This document shows, piece after piece, positions 1 through 12,789 of a stretch of 64,000 bases of DNA; the stretch's first letter is position 1; each line of letters starts with the position of its first letter. The position numbers and the translations under genes are program-made. The stretch spans positions 1,304,726 through 1,368,725 of the forward strand of contig MU004198.1 in assembly GCA_010093605.1 (NCBI GenBank), written 5' to 3'. The notes under the pieces were generated by a model. That model searched no databases. It was given only the letters and a program-made list of their open reading frames with translations, and was not told where the DNA came from. The stretch comes from Lophium mytilinum. Its lineage: Eukaryota.

Positions 1-173
1 TTGTCAAGACCTTTTGCGCTACTTAAGTCCTTCCCGTCCCATTAAAGCTCTCCTCTACATCATCTTCTCCTTCCATAAATCCATACCCTGAGACACTCCC
101 AGCAATCGTTTTCCTTCATCATTTGACCAGACAAGACCATTCCTCAGCACGACGGGTCCATCCACCCGTTACC

Positions 174-704
174 ATGAAGCTGCCCTACGTCATCGCTATC
201 TTGTGTGCTGCACTAGTAGCAAACACTTCCCCAGTGCCGGAGCCAGAAGCGAATGTGCTTGGACGACGAGACGATGGGGTAGAGTGTGGGCCTGGCAAAG
301 GTGTCTGGGTTCCAGGCCTCATGTTCCTCGATATGGCGGCAAGTTTCTGTACGGCGGCCGAGGGCAGTGACATCTCCGATGGCTACATGTACTCGGATAC
401 CTTCCTCGTCGAACTGAACACTCAAGGGTCGGAGGAGAAAGGACCGGCTGGAAAGATTATTTGTCGGTCAGCCTAGCTATATTCAGACGCTAACATTGCT
501 GACATTAGCCTAGTCGCCATTCGTAACGACGGTGAAAGACCCGCCTATCATGTCACAGACTGGTCAACCAAGTGCTACGACTACCTCAAAGTCTTCATGG
601 ACAATGAATGCAAGGGAACCAGAGGCGACACCAAAGGTGGCATCAATACAATTGGGAACATCAAGTACGAAGCTACAATCAAGGAAGGAGACGTTTGGAC
701 GTGA
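174..704 (+). CDS. Small secreted Cys-containing protein (~159 aa), effector-like
   Basis: ATG at 174 opens a hydrophobic signal peptide MKLPYVIAILCAALVA, followed by a dibasic LGRR processing site. One intron at 463-513 (GTCGGT...CTGAC...CCTAG) keeps the frame to TGA 702-704. The mature region has 4 Cys. Confidence 0.75.
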
Positions 705-979
705 AAATCACGAGATATGGTGGCACCTGATGAAATGGCTGTTAAAGTGGTTGTTAGGACTAGTTCTTGCTCGTGCTGATTTCGAATGATGACTCTCATG
801 GTGTTCTGAAGCAGTTGCAGAGTGTGTACGAATACAATGCGCACTTTATCAGAACGAGTAGAGCTTACGAAATTTATCCACTTAGTTGCCCTTTGTGAAA
901 ACTCATAATTACTGGATGTTCGCAACATTCTTATTAGTGTAAGAGTTTTGAGGATTCTTGAGCTTAACTGCAACCATCA

Positions 980-1793
980 CTACGAGCCCTGGGGTAATTG
1001 GAGAAACGCAAGTGGACCGATCTGATAAATACCGGCAGTGTTTTGTCCCGCAGTAGCCACGTCCAGTCGCACTCTCACCCACTCATCGTTTAGGGTCTCC
1101 CACATGTTTGACCCAACATTCTGCTTGATAAAGAGCTTCCTAAAGGTAGTGATGTCCTCCTCGCTCACCTCTGTCTCAAGGGGTTGCTGATCGGACGAGT
1201 GCTGTGGAATATCTCTGATCTGGTGCACCAATACTGCCAAGTCTTCTTGCGTGGCTTTCCGTTCAGAGTATCGTACCATAGCTTCATCATGTCTTGTATA
1301 GTTGCCGTCGATGATCCGGAGCTGAGCTAAATCGAGTGGGCTGAGTCCTTCCTTGACCACAAACTCCAGTGTGTTGTCTTCTCGAGTACGAGCGTCAAGG
1401 ACCCCAAATCTATCATTTTGTATATAATGTCCCCGGCCGTCGTCTCCAAAAGTAGTCTCGACGAAATTACTAAGCTCCTCGATGGTAGCACCAATGAATC
1501 CGCTCTCAGATGGCTCTACTGGAGGTATTGTAGGTTCCGCAAAGGATTCCTGGTCTCGGGTCTGGATCAGTACCCATGGATTTCCTACTCTTTCAGAGGA
1601 AGGGTCATTATTTTCCCATCTTTCCTCCATCGCCCTGAAGAGGAAGGAATTGATGACCTTTGAGACGGTGATCAGTTGCGATAGCCTATTAGGTATTCGA
1701 TGGATAGCTTACTTCTACAGGCAAGTTTGCTGTGACGAAGAGTGGATATCCAGCTCCTTCCATGGAGGCGTCATCTGAGACGTCGCCCGACAT
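980..1793 (-). CDS. Hypothetical protein (2 exons)
   Basis: ORF 980-1630 extends upstream through an intron at 1658-1712 (GTAAGC...CTGAT...AAAG) to ATG 1793 (MSGDVSDD...YPLFVTANLPVE). Confidence 0.6.
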
Positions 1794-2253
1794 GGTAAAC
1801 CCGGTGGTCCAAGGTAGACAGAGTAGGGCTATGTAACGGTGGAGTGATGAGGTCAACATGGAGGGTTGGGATGAAGCGGAAGGGAATTGGAGAGCGATGA
1901 CAACCGTGCCGCATCCACACGTGACTATTTACTTTCCTGACTATAATTTGTTATCATGTCGCCTCCTTTAATTACATAAGAAGTAGTGAAAATCGCCTTC
2001 CCTAGAATTCCAGGAAGTAAGCTTAAGCTCCCTTTCTTAGTAAGATCACGTGATCGTATCGAACTATACTGAAACACGTCTCACGCCTTGCAGCACCACT
2101 CAATCAAAGAGTATTACACGAAGACACCTTCCCAAGAAGTCACGCTGTCTCGCTGCTTTCCAGTCATATGATCCAGAACAAGCCCGAAGGTATTGTCTAC
2201 TTTGTTCAAGGAAGCCGTAGATTTCATAAGCACTTCATCGAGCGTAGGTACAG

Positions 2254-3534
2254 CTTAACTAACCTCCCCCATGTACATACCTCGGCTGACGTAGCTTGGT
2301 GCGTTATCTACATCCTTAACACCTCATCCGACCTACTTCCTCCTCAATCAACACCTCATCCGACCTGCCCTACCTATTCACAATATCTTTTTCTAAGGAT
2401 ATAAGTACTGTAAATACATTTCTAATTAGTGGAAGACCTCTACGTGGAGCTAGATCTAGCTATTAGGGCGTTATTAATATCGCACTAACACCCCTTTTAT
2501 AATGTAACTACACCCCCCTCCCGTCTAATCTTCTAATTGGCTTAGAGAGGTCCTCTAAGGCCTCTAATTCTAAATGCTCTCTCTAAGTGCAGCGTGGCTA
2601 TAAATAATTACCTTTTTATCCTCTACCTCTATAATACGCTTATAATAGACCTCTAGCCGCTACCGCTATAAGTCTATAACTCTACCTTACCTATAAGGAG
2701 CTCCTGTATTAGATAGCATTATATAAGGTAGAAATAGAGGGGTTTATTTATTAGAATAGCTAGATATAGGCGGCGGCGATGTAGAGGGGCTAGGTTTAAT
2801 GCGGAGAGGCTATAATAAGGTAAGAATCTAACTATTTTAGTATACTTATAGGTATATAGGTATATAGGTAGTAATATAATAGGCTATATATACTATAGAA
2901 AATAGGAAGTATATATAGTAAAACGGGTATACTATATAATCTTACTATAAGTAGCTTTATATAAGGCCTTACGCACGGCCTATATATATAGCCTTATCTA
3001 TAGCCTTATACGTAGCTAAATATAGGCTACTAGAAACGGGAAGAATATATAATAAAATAGTAAGGCTGTATAGCTTTCCTATAGAAGACGGATGCGCATA
3101 AGAATTAAGCGCTGGAGCTTTCTCTAAGCCCTCCGAGCTAATTAGAAGATTAGATAGGAAGGGGGTGTAGTTGCATTATAAAAGGAGTGTTGGCGCAGAG
3201 AAAAGGGGGTATAATATTAATAGCGCCCCTAGCTATATAATAGAATTTAATAATCTTTTGAATTAACTTATATCACGTGATTAGATCCTTATATATACAC
3301 GTCGCCTACCTATATAAGCGTAACCTTAGTCAGCGCCGTCCTAAGACAGCGCCGTGTTACCCACTTTCAAGTATCAAGAAACCGTGTAAATAGCAGCTTA
3401 GTAAGAAGTAAGGAATTTATAAAATAGTGCTTCATATACCTCATCTAACCTGCTAAAAAGTTGAGCTTACGTGGTAGCTTTTTAAGGGGTAGCCAAGCCA
3501 GGTTAGCCGAGGTGAAGGGGGGAGGTTAGTTAAG
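2254..3534. mobile_element. RIP-degraded non-autonomous DNA transposon relic with nested inverted repeats
   Basis: Inner inverted repeat 2482-2543 / 3135-3196 (62 bp, 9 mismatches, all transitions). Outer inverted repeat 2254-2300 / 3491-3534. The interior is very TpA-rich with no ORF. Confidence 0.7.
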
Positions 3535-3818
3535 TTACGTCCTGCACTTCATCTTAATATAGTACCCGATGCTGGAAACAGCTCTGCGGCGCACCCCAAG
3601 CGGCGCTATCAAGCATGCACAGATCAACGACCCTGTACTGTACAGTCCATAGAATACATTTCAGCGTTCATGAGATTACCAGCCCCGGATTCCAAACCCC
3701 ACAAACATGCGTTTTCCAGCGAAGCAAGCACTCCACGGTCTTTTAAAGACTTAACAGGACCCAGGATTCTCTCCAATCACAGCCTCCACACAGTCCCCCA
3801 AGTCCCCAACCCCACTTC

Positions 3819-5623
3819 TCAAGCCCGCGACAGCACACTCGACCGCATCTTCCCATTCAAAATCTCACTCGGCACCAAACTCCTCGTACTCATCCGCACC
3901 TCCTCCCCAGGATGCTGCCGAAACACCGTCGCAGTCGTCACTGTAGTGCTAGTATCGTGACGGTGGCGCTTCGTCGCAGTTCCCCGATTCCCACCCACGC
4001 CGACGCTAGCGCGCAGGTTCGCCACATTCTTAGGAAGCAACGGAACCTCAGGGATCTGCGCCGCCTCGTCATCGGTGTCCATGTACACCGAGCCCTGCGT
4101 GCGGATCTGCTCGCGCAGCCGCTGCTCTTCCACCCGTGAGGCCTGCTGGTCGACCCACGAGTCGATGGTGCGGAAACGAGGGACGGAGGACCGTGTCGTC
4201 GCGACGCTGTCGCGCGGTGGCGCTCGCCCGGTGGGCGTGGGCATGGCGGATGATCTTGCCGCCGAGGCGGGGGTCTGTGGTGCCGCTGGGGTCTGCGGAG
4301 CCTGGCTGTTGGTCCAGCTGAAGCGGGAGATCATGGGCGGGGGCGCGAGACCCTGGGTCGGTCTGGGGCCTGGGTTGGAGGAGCTGCGGTTGAAGAGGAA
4401 TTGCCGGAAGGATGGGGCGGGTTGGATGTTTAATGGGGCAGGCATGGCGGCGGGTTCCGGGTACTGGAGGTCGGATGACATGTTGGAGAGGGAGCGGGTG
4501 TTGTGGGTTGATGCGCTTCGGCGCTGCGTCTGGAGGGGGAGAACAGGGGATGAAGGGGTCTCGCTGATGTCCCGGTTATGTGAATTTGAGCGGGATGGGC
4601 GGGGCGGAGAGTCGAGGAGGAAGCTTCGCTCTTGGCTCCGATTGCGGTTTGTGCTACTTTGCCTAGTGATGATGGGCTGGCGGTCGAAGCTTGTGTGGCG
4701 TTAGCAAACATGGCGTTGACTGAGAGATAGAAAAGAAATTTTTTAGTGTTGTAAGAATCTTGAAGATGAAGAGTCGTTCTTTTGGTACCACCGAATGATG
4801 CAAATCTCACGTGGATATCGGAAAATCAGGCTTCAATGCACTCACGTTTGTGTGTCGGAGAAGGGATTTTGGGAAGAATTTGAACCGGCCCGCCTAACAG
4901 TTGGACGAGGGGTGGTTGGCAGATCCTTCATTGAAGGATTGTCGAATGGCGCAGTGCGACCCCAAGCATAAGCAGGTGTCGTCCAGTTCTGGGTTGCAGT
5001 TTGAGGCTCCTTTGGATTAGATCGTCTTCGAATCTTCATTCTCGTAAAGACATCACTAAATGTAAGGCCTCGCTTCTTCATAACGTAGAAAGCGAAGAAG
5101 AGTAAGATGACTACAATAGTCGCGCCTATCCGTTGTCAGCAGGGACCATGTTGATCGTTAGCTTGCCCGTACCAATTGACCCAGCGGCGATCAACAGATG
5201 TTCCGTAGTGGAAGATAGCCCGCCCTTGTGACGTGGTGGTGGAGGCGGCGGTGGTAAGATGGTAACGAAAGTTTCGGTGGCAGGTTGCGCTCCCAGTCCC
5301 GTAATAGTTGGTTGAAGGGTCTGCACCATAGTCACACGTAACTAATCGAGTCAGCATTCCTCCACACCGAGTTTTAACGAGCCACTCCAACTTACACCGT
5401 GCTCTTCGCTATCATGCTTTTCGTCTCCTCCAACAGACGTCGTAATCGCCTTCTCTTTGTGAGTTGGGCTTGGCGCCTTGGTCGTTACTGGAGTCGGAGG
5501 TTCATCATCCTCATAATCGCTGTCCACCTCTTCTTCTGTCTCATCGTTCCGCGGTGTGATGAAGTCAGTAGTCACAGCATATCTAACCTTGTTGTTCGAG
5601 CTACGGCGCCTTGCAATGGGCAT
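3819..5623 (-). CDS. Hypothetical single-pass membrane protein with long Pro/Ser/Arg-rich tail (multi-exon)
   Basis: ORF pieces 5351-5629, 5126-5335, 4842-5081 and 3819-4481 are joined by GT-AG introns. A hydrophobic segment LLIAAGSIGATIVVILLFFAFYVM is followed by KKR. Confidence 0.7.
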
Positions 5624-6924
5624 TTTCACGTCCGTTTACAAGGTTCGGAGGGTCGAAGAGGATATCGATCCGTCGATCAGGCGGCTCGCGGCTCAATTGA
5701 CTCCACAAACAACATCTGATCGCGCAGTGGAGGGATGCTAAAGGACGCGGGTATAATGGGCAGTCCAGCACCAGTCAGGAGTAAAAGGTAGGAAAAGAAA
5801 ATAGTGCGGAATTATTAGGCGTAGAGCAGACCAGCTGCGGATGGAGACACTGAAGGGAAGAAAGAATGGACAAGTTTCGCTGGGCGAAGTCTTGGAGAAG
5901 CTGAGAAGCAGCGGGAGGGGGGCATATGAGGGCACGCATGAACAAAGTGGGCCATGAGTCGGCCATGGAGCCACCTAGGTTTGAAGCAATGGGGTAACTT
6001 GGACGTGCAGGCTGTAACCAAACAAGGCGCTTTTTGCAACCAAAGAAATGACAGCGTAACCACGAAAGGCAGCATCATTTACCGACAGCGCAGGTCAGCC
6101 AGAGTGCTTGCCTGCTTCGAGCGAGGTCTCACGTCGCCAACATGAGGCGCGGTCGTTGCGTTGACTCGTCTGAAGCTAGCCCCTGGACCAGGGGCACCAT
6201 CGCGTCTCAGAGCTGATGGAGGCTGTTTCAAGGCACGCATTCGTGGATGAAGGGGGCGCATCAAACAGCCAAGCCTCTGGATGTGGAGAGGCAGCGCGGC
6301 AGTTATCGAGATAGGTCACGGGAGTGCAGCACCATGGTGTTGAGTGATGTTGTGGGGTTGGTGTCGTGGTGGTGGAGAATGATCTGCCAATGGGACGGCT
6401 AGAGATGCCGCCCGAACCAAGATTGGAAGACGGCTCGGGACGGTTCTGCTGCTAAATCACTGCTGCGCCACTTTCATGAAGCCAAATACATGCCTACTCA
6501 GATAGGTATGACTATTTGTATTGCTTTCGTTTCTACCCGCTTGAACGCTCATTTAGAAATCGATTGCTAGGTGACACACGTGATACGAAGCTGGATTTCG
6601 CGAAAGATCGGCCTCACGTACGCGCTACTCCCTAGGTGAGCAATCCGGTCAACGCTAAGTGCTGTCTGTGCTTCAAAAGTGGTGTTATACGAAGTGGCCC
6701 CTGGGACATCTTCTATTCTGCCTAGCTGCTGATTTCTTCTTCTCTAGATCCCAACCTTATATCCACGACCTGAGCCTGAACGCTTCGACACTCATGACAA
6801 AGCAAATATGTGAATTGACTTAATGCTGGGCTAATCAGACAGGTTTTCAACCGTATATACAGTCTTACAAGTACTCGCTATGACTATACCGAAACTCCCG
6901 CTAAAGTGCTACAAAAAAAGACAA

Positions 6925-8439
6925 TCATCTTGGCAACAATGACTCCATTTCCACGCTTCGTCCAGCCACAGGCGCCGCGCTGATCTGCTCATCCTTCTCG
7001 TCGTCATCCCTCTTCGGGGATATAGCTACTGGCTCGTCTTTCACGCCGCAGATAGTCTCCTCCAACCATTTCGTTGCAGATGCACAGCGCGGCTCGATTT
7101 TCTGTAGCCAGAAATGCGCCAACACGAAAAGTACTGCATAAAACACCGGCAGCAGAAGGAAGAACTTCAGCGCAGAGGGTATCGGAAACCTCTCATATTG
7201 CCTCACCACATTCCCCTTGTCGTCCTTTTCTTGGTACAAGGTTGGTGCTACGAAGGCGTAGAGTACCCAGTTTAGAAAGGAACGAAGCAGCGGCCCGTGA
7301 ATGAGGTAGATTGGGAAGCTGTGGGCGCCGAGCCAGAGAAGAACCGGATGGGAGAATATCTGCTGCAGCTTCGCCGATAGGATGATGCTGAACACCAACA
7401 ACGCGATAGCGATGGTGTAGAAGAAACTCTCGTACTCGGCTCCTTTAGGGAAGATGAGTTTGCCCAGAGTCCACAGCGCGTTTGACCAGGGTTGCCAAGA
7501 GGGTTTGTTGACCGGATAGCTTATCAGATACCAGGCGAACACGACCATGAAGAACGGTGGGAGACGATAGACCAGGCGTCGATTAACAGAGAAGTTGATG
7601 ATGCCTGGTATCATGGATACCTCGGTCAAGAGCGCGCCGCTGTAAATCGGCAATCCCATGTGGGCTGTCACACAAGTCAGGTTTGACCTTCCCAAATATG
7701 GTCGTACAACACTTACTGTCCTTCTTTGCCCAGGAAAACATGATCATAACAAAGAAGATGAGCATCCGATATCTGGCCGTTGCACGCACCGTCGCTAGGA
7801 GCAGCACGTAAAGAGCCAAGGACCCCTTCAAAAAGAAGATCATTGCCCACTGGTTCTTGTCTAACACATTCCTGCCCGTTGCCCAGGTGGTATAGATGGA
7901 AGACAAGAGTCTGCAGATGGCCCCTTGAATAGAGGTACTCGGCAGTGGGCTTGTATCGACCATCCAAGCAGACTCCACCATGTTTCCGATCTTGTAACCC
8001 CCGGCTTCGCATATTATCCAACTGAAGAACGTTGCGATCGTGCAAGGGAGTACAAGTCTGGCGGACCGACGGAAGCAAGAGCTTGCGAGGCCTGACAAGG
8101 CTGCATCGACGCGGCCAGCGCGCCCTTGCTTGATGGGTTTGATGGCATTGACGAAGCCGGTGAGAACGAGGAAGGTGATAACCCACGGAGAACCTTGCGC
8201 AAAGACTCTGATGAAGGGTAGGTTGTAAAAAGCGAGACGAGTGTCTTTGGTGCGCGTGGGATGGTCCAGCCATGCTACATACCCAAGCGTAAGATGCGAG
8301 GAAACGACGAAAAAGGCCGCTATTCCCCGTAGACCCTACAAAGTTGAAAGTTGGCAGAGTCCTTCGTAATGTGGTTCAGAAAACTTACATCGGCCCACTT
8401 GGTGTCTCGCAAAAGAGGCGCGAGTTTGAGTTCAATCAT
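6925..8439 (-). CDS. Acyltransferase family 3 (OafA-like) integral membrane protein
   Basis: Spliced N-terminus KWAD|GLRGIAAFFVVSSH, FLVLTGFV, RRSARLVLP and C-terminal LWLGAHSFPIYLIHGP motifs. Introns near 8336-8388 and 7669-7717. Confidence 0.88.
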
Positions 8440-10194
8440 GTTGAGGAGGTAGTGAAGGATCCAAGGCAAGAATGCAAATTAAGAAGGGCGAGGCGAAACG
8501 CAAATGAAAGCAATGAGAGAAAACGGGAGAGCTAGGCGGGCATGGAGAACATGTGTTTCGTTGCTACAGCCGAGGTGGTGTTGCGGCGAGGCGTTTAGAA
8601 GAGAAGGCCTGGGCCTGTTGCAGTTGTGAGGGCAAAGGAAAAGTGAGGATGGAGAAGACTCGAGGGTGTCACATAATGTTGACAGATGTAAAGGATGTAA
8701 ATTAGGCGTCAAGGGCCCAGTTTTGGAAACGAAACAGAAGAACGTGCCTCAGCTGCAAACGCAGGCGTTCTGGGCGCTGCATCAGCAGATCGAGCCGTGT
8801 GCGGCGCCCTCATGCATGGCCAAGACTTTAGCTATCAGGAATCATCCTCCAGCCGGAGCTGAGCCGCCCACCGTGGAGTATGCAATCTGTCTAACGCTGG
8901 CTGAATGGTTGAGCAGGTCGCAATACCGGGCACGGGGGAATCCTCGAGTCTTGGCTTCTGGAGTTGAGTATGGGATCCGCATGAAATGTGGAGAAGCGCG
9001 TTTCAGTTTGCGTGTCCACAGGAACGCCCATTTGCAGCTTCAGCGTCGCGAGTTCCAGTATGCACTGTATGGCGGTTGATGTGAGGGGAAGTATTGGGGC
9101 GTTTTGCTAGTCCTCCCAAGCGCAGGCTAGTGGTGGCACTAGAATCGCCGCCATGAGTGAGGATGTGTTGTCGCGAGAGTGGTATCGCACGTGACTTTGT
9201 TGCATTCCCCAAATAACACACCCTGCGTGTATCTCATTGTTGCTACAAAGGGTGATTAGTCTCCATCATTTGAATCGTTATTGAGTCAGAATTTGCCAGC
9301 TGCTTCATCAGCAGATCATGGAGTCAAGTGGCCTTTTGCGGTGCAAGCCGTGCCTGCAAGTTTATTCGAAAGCGATGTTCCCATGCACATTTACGGACAG
9401 CTCAGTAGTCCGAGACCAATTTGTGGGTTGATGGTTGACACACCAACACTCCATTACCATTGCTGATTGCGCTTCCAGTTGTCTGGGCAGCGCAGCCCCC
9501 TGACAGCCACTGTCCGCCTCCCGAAGGTCTGTGCTGCGCCACAAAAAACATGTGAATCTTTGCCCAGGGAATGCGAGGAAATGCGAACCGCTCGGCTGCA
9601 TCTCAACCCCAACCTTGGACAGCCATGCAGACGCCGCCCGTTACGTGCTTGCCGCCCGGGTTCTCGGCACCAGTCGGCCAGGCCCCGCCGAACGCCGTGG
9701 CGGAGCAGCCCATGTCATTGCCTCCCGAGGCCACCACGGCCGCCTCCAAGGCGACGACGATGCAGAATACGGCGCGAATCAGCCTCGAAAGCCATCTGCA
9801 GTGCGCCGAATCTTCCCAGCATTCGGTAACCAGGAACCAGCACCCGTTCCTTGCATTTCATTAGCATTACAGCCTCTTCGTCGACATCCGAAGTCGGGCA
9901 AGAGTTCGTCGCGGGGCTGAGTTCAGCTAAACAAGCGTGCTCCGCCGCAGTACGTAGTTTCTCCTCAGTCATCATCGTCAGGCGCTGGTGGGGTACGACG
10001 CCCGTATAAAGCAACCCCACCAACCTCTCCAACGCCACTCCATCATCCATCGCTCCATCACCAAAGCATTGTTCATCATCAGCATACCGGGTCTCTCATC
10101 GAACCCCAGCTCGTCACCCTCCATCAAACCTAAGCAATTGACGCTTCTTCGGACACCCTATTTTTAACTCCGCATCTCGTTTCCTACCACCACA

Positions 10195-10884
10195 ATGTCG
10201 GACCCATACAACCAGTACGGCGGCCAGTATAACCAGTACGGCTCGCCCGCGCCTGGCCAGTATGGCCAGGGCTATCCTCAGCATGACCCATCGCAACAGC
10301 AAGGCGGATACGGGCAGGCTCCCTACGGCCAACACCAGGGTGGGCCGCCACAACAAGCATATCCTCAGAATCAGGGATATCCAGACCAGTATGGAGCGCC
10401 ACAACAGCAAGGCTACGGGCCGCCAGCCCAAGGCGGTTTTCAGCACAGCCAGAGCCAGAGCCCCGCACCATACCAAGATCCCTACCAACAGCAGAACCAA
10501 GGGTAATCTATCTCCAACATTCAGTCTTCCTTGTAACCAAACTAATACATCAACTTCTGTAGCTACCAGCAATACCCTGGCGCTCAGGCTGCGAATCAAT
10601 TCCCACAGCAGGGCGGCTATCAGAACAGCCAGGCGCCATACGACGCGAACAACCCCAACCAGTACGGCCAAGGCCACCAAGCCGGCGCATACGGTTCCAC
10701 AGACCCCGGCGCGCAGCAAGAGGGTGACCGCGGCCTGATGGGCGCTCTCGGCGGCGGTGCGGCGGGGTACTTCGGTGGTAATAAGATGGGCGGCCATGGC
10801 ATCATTGGCGCGCTCGCCGGTGCCGTCCTGGGAAGCAAGCTAGAGGACAAGCACAAGAAGCCCAAGAACAACGGCGGATACTAG
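10195..10884 (+). CDS. Gln/Tyr/Gly/Pro-rich protein with C-terminal glycine-zipper domain
   Basis: ATG 10195, intron 10503-10562, stop TAG 10882-10884. C-terminus GDRGLMGALGGGAAGYFGGNKMGGHGIIGALAGAVLGSKLEDKHKK. Confidence 0.85.
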
Positions 10885-12233
10885 TGACGCAACCGCGCCC
10901 TCCAGAGCTGCTGTTTCCTTTCCTGTTATTTGGTTTCTGGCGTTTTGGCATGTATCCACATGATAAGATGGACGGATGGACGGTTGGGACGGCCAAGGAA
11001 ATGGTAACCCCACAGCGAAAAGCCTATGAATATCTTTGGTATTGGTAAATACAGTTAATCAATGCATGCAATCTAACGAAATGAAAAGTTGAGATGCGCG
11101 CTTGGAAGTTCCGTGCTGTGTTTGTTCATTAAGCCGTAGTCGCTTAAACCCCTTGAGAATCTCAATACCCATTGAGACACTCCAGATATTGGAACAGCGG
11201 TATCAATGTTCGGAGATTAGCAAACTGCTCTTAGAAACAGCGCGCCGTGCTCTAAGCGCTACCCTTGATCCTCTCGATCTTCACTAGGGCTAGCTCTTAG
11301 CCACGTTGTGTTTGAGAGCTCCAAAGCTCCTGTGACAACTCAAATTGATCGCCATCAAGGAGGCAACCTCCGACGCCCGCTCGTGTCGCGGACAGTTGCC
11401 CTCCCATATGTCAGAGCAATACCTGCCGATGGTCAGGCCAACTCCTGCGTATCTCAATTTCCAAGAACTCTAGAGTTTCCCCAAGGGTAGACACTATTCG
11501 GTAAAACAGTCCTCTACTAATCCCTTCTGCTTTTGATTTCTTGCTCCTAACCCAGGAACTAAAGGATCCTCATTGTTTCGTATCGTTAGTGGGTACGACG
11601 GGCCGCTTCACAAGCTAGATCGATCTATATTCTAAAGGTTACTGCACCTAATGTTTTTGCTTCCGATTTACAAACTACAAGTTTTAACACTCTTAGAATA
11701 CGTTAGTAAATATGTCAGGCGGTTTTGTATTTCACAAGAACGTTTGTTTTGCCAATATCATCAATGCAAGTAGTGGATTAGTGCTATTTAAGAACAGTCT
11801 AGCGTCATCCTCCGAACTCAACCTCACACCCTCATCATCTCCCAAGTCCATCATCAAACCCAACCTCCCCGTCTCTCTTCATCTTCTCCAAAATTGCACA
11901 GCCCCGAACCCAGCCGCCCTCGGCGTCGCACGAAACACTGTCACAGCTCTCCGCCGACCACCAAGCCTTCCTTCCACGCAATCCTCTTGAAACACGAAAC
12001 AGGACACAAATCCTAGACCCGCTCAGCAATCCTTCAACCGCCGATCGCGCCTCCGACGAAAAGTAGACACGTAGGCTCTCCACGTGGCATCTACACTCCT
12101 AGCATTCATTTCTAGCAGCGTTCACAGCAATTAGCAGCGTAGCGAAACAGCACATGTTCAACCGTGCAGAATATGTGATTGAATTCTGTAGACTGGTCGG
12201 CTAGCTAGTAGGTAGGAGAAGCCTTCCCAGAAA

Positions 12234-12765
12234 TCAATGTTTCTCAAACTTCTCCGCCTGCAAAATCTTCATGCGGTCTTGCATGAGCTTGAGCTCTTCG
12301 GGAGTGGGCATAGCAGCGCGTAGCTCCTTTTGCTCCGCGGCTAGTTCTTTCGTCTCCGCTTCTAGCTTCGATATTCGCGCTTCTAGTTCTTGGTATACTT
12401 GATTACGTGTTAGTGAATGGCGCCGTGAGTTATGGAATGTTTTTGAAGCCGTGAAGCAGCCCTTCTAGGATGGGCTATATGAGGTAAATACCAGTGAGAA
12501 CTAACCTCCGGGATCGACGTTCTCGCCCTCCTTGGCCGGGGAAGCAGACGAATCGGCGGGGGGAGGCACATCCTCCATGGTGGCGTCGGATGCGGCGGTG
12601 GGTTTGCCATGGTCAGGACCACCGTGATGGTGACCACTCTGGCCGCCGCGAGCGCGAGTGTCCGTCTGAGTTTGCTGGAGGAGTCAGCATTGGCCTGAAG
12701 AGCGCAGCTAGAGTATGAGCTTGTAAGGTGTAGAAAGATTGGCTGCTTACCTTTTTATCGGCCAG
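12234..12765 (-). CDS. Small coiled-coil protein, 3 exons, apparent CTG start (or start-lost pseudogene)
   Basis: CTG GCC GAT AAA AAG|GTAAGC intron...GCTGAC..CAG| exon QTQTD...SDATMEDVP...|GTTAGT intron...CTAAC..AAG| exon VYQELEARISKLEAETKELAAEQKELR...KH*. No in-frame ATG upstream of exon 1. Confidence 0.5.
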
Positions 12766-12789
12766 GGTTGGGGTGATGTTGATGTTGAT

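Noticed and set aside
9467..10050. Overlapping GC-rich ORFs upstream of the Q-rich gene
   Set aside because: No recognisable motif or convincing splice structure; could be promoter or 5' UTR sequence.
11712..12083. Short ORFs on both strands
   Set aside because: Stop-interrupted with no recognisable domain; at best an unidentifiable gene remnant.
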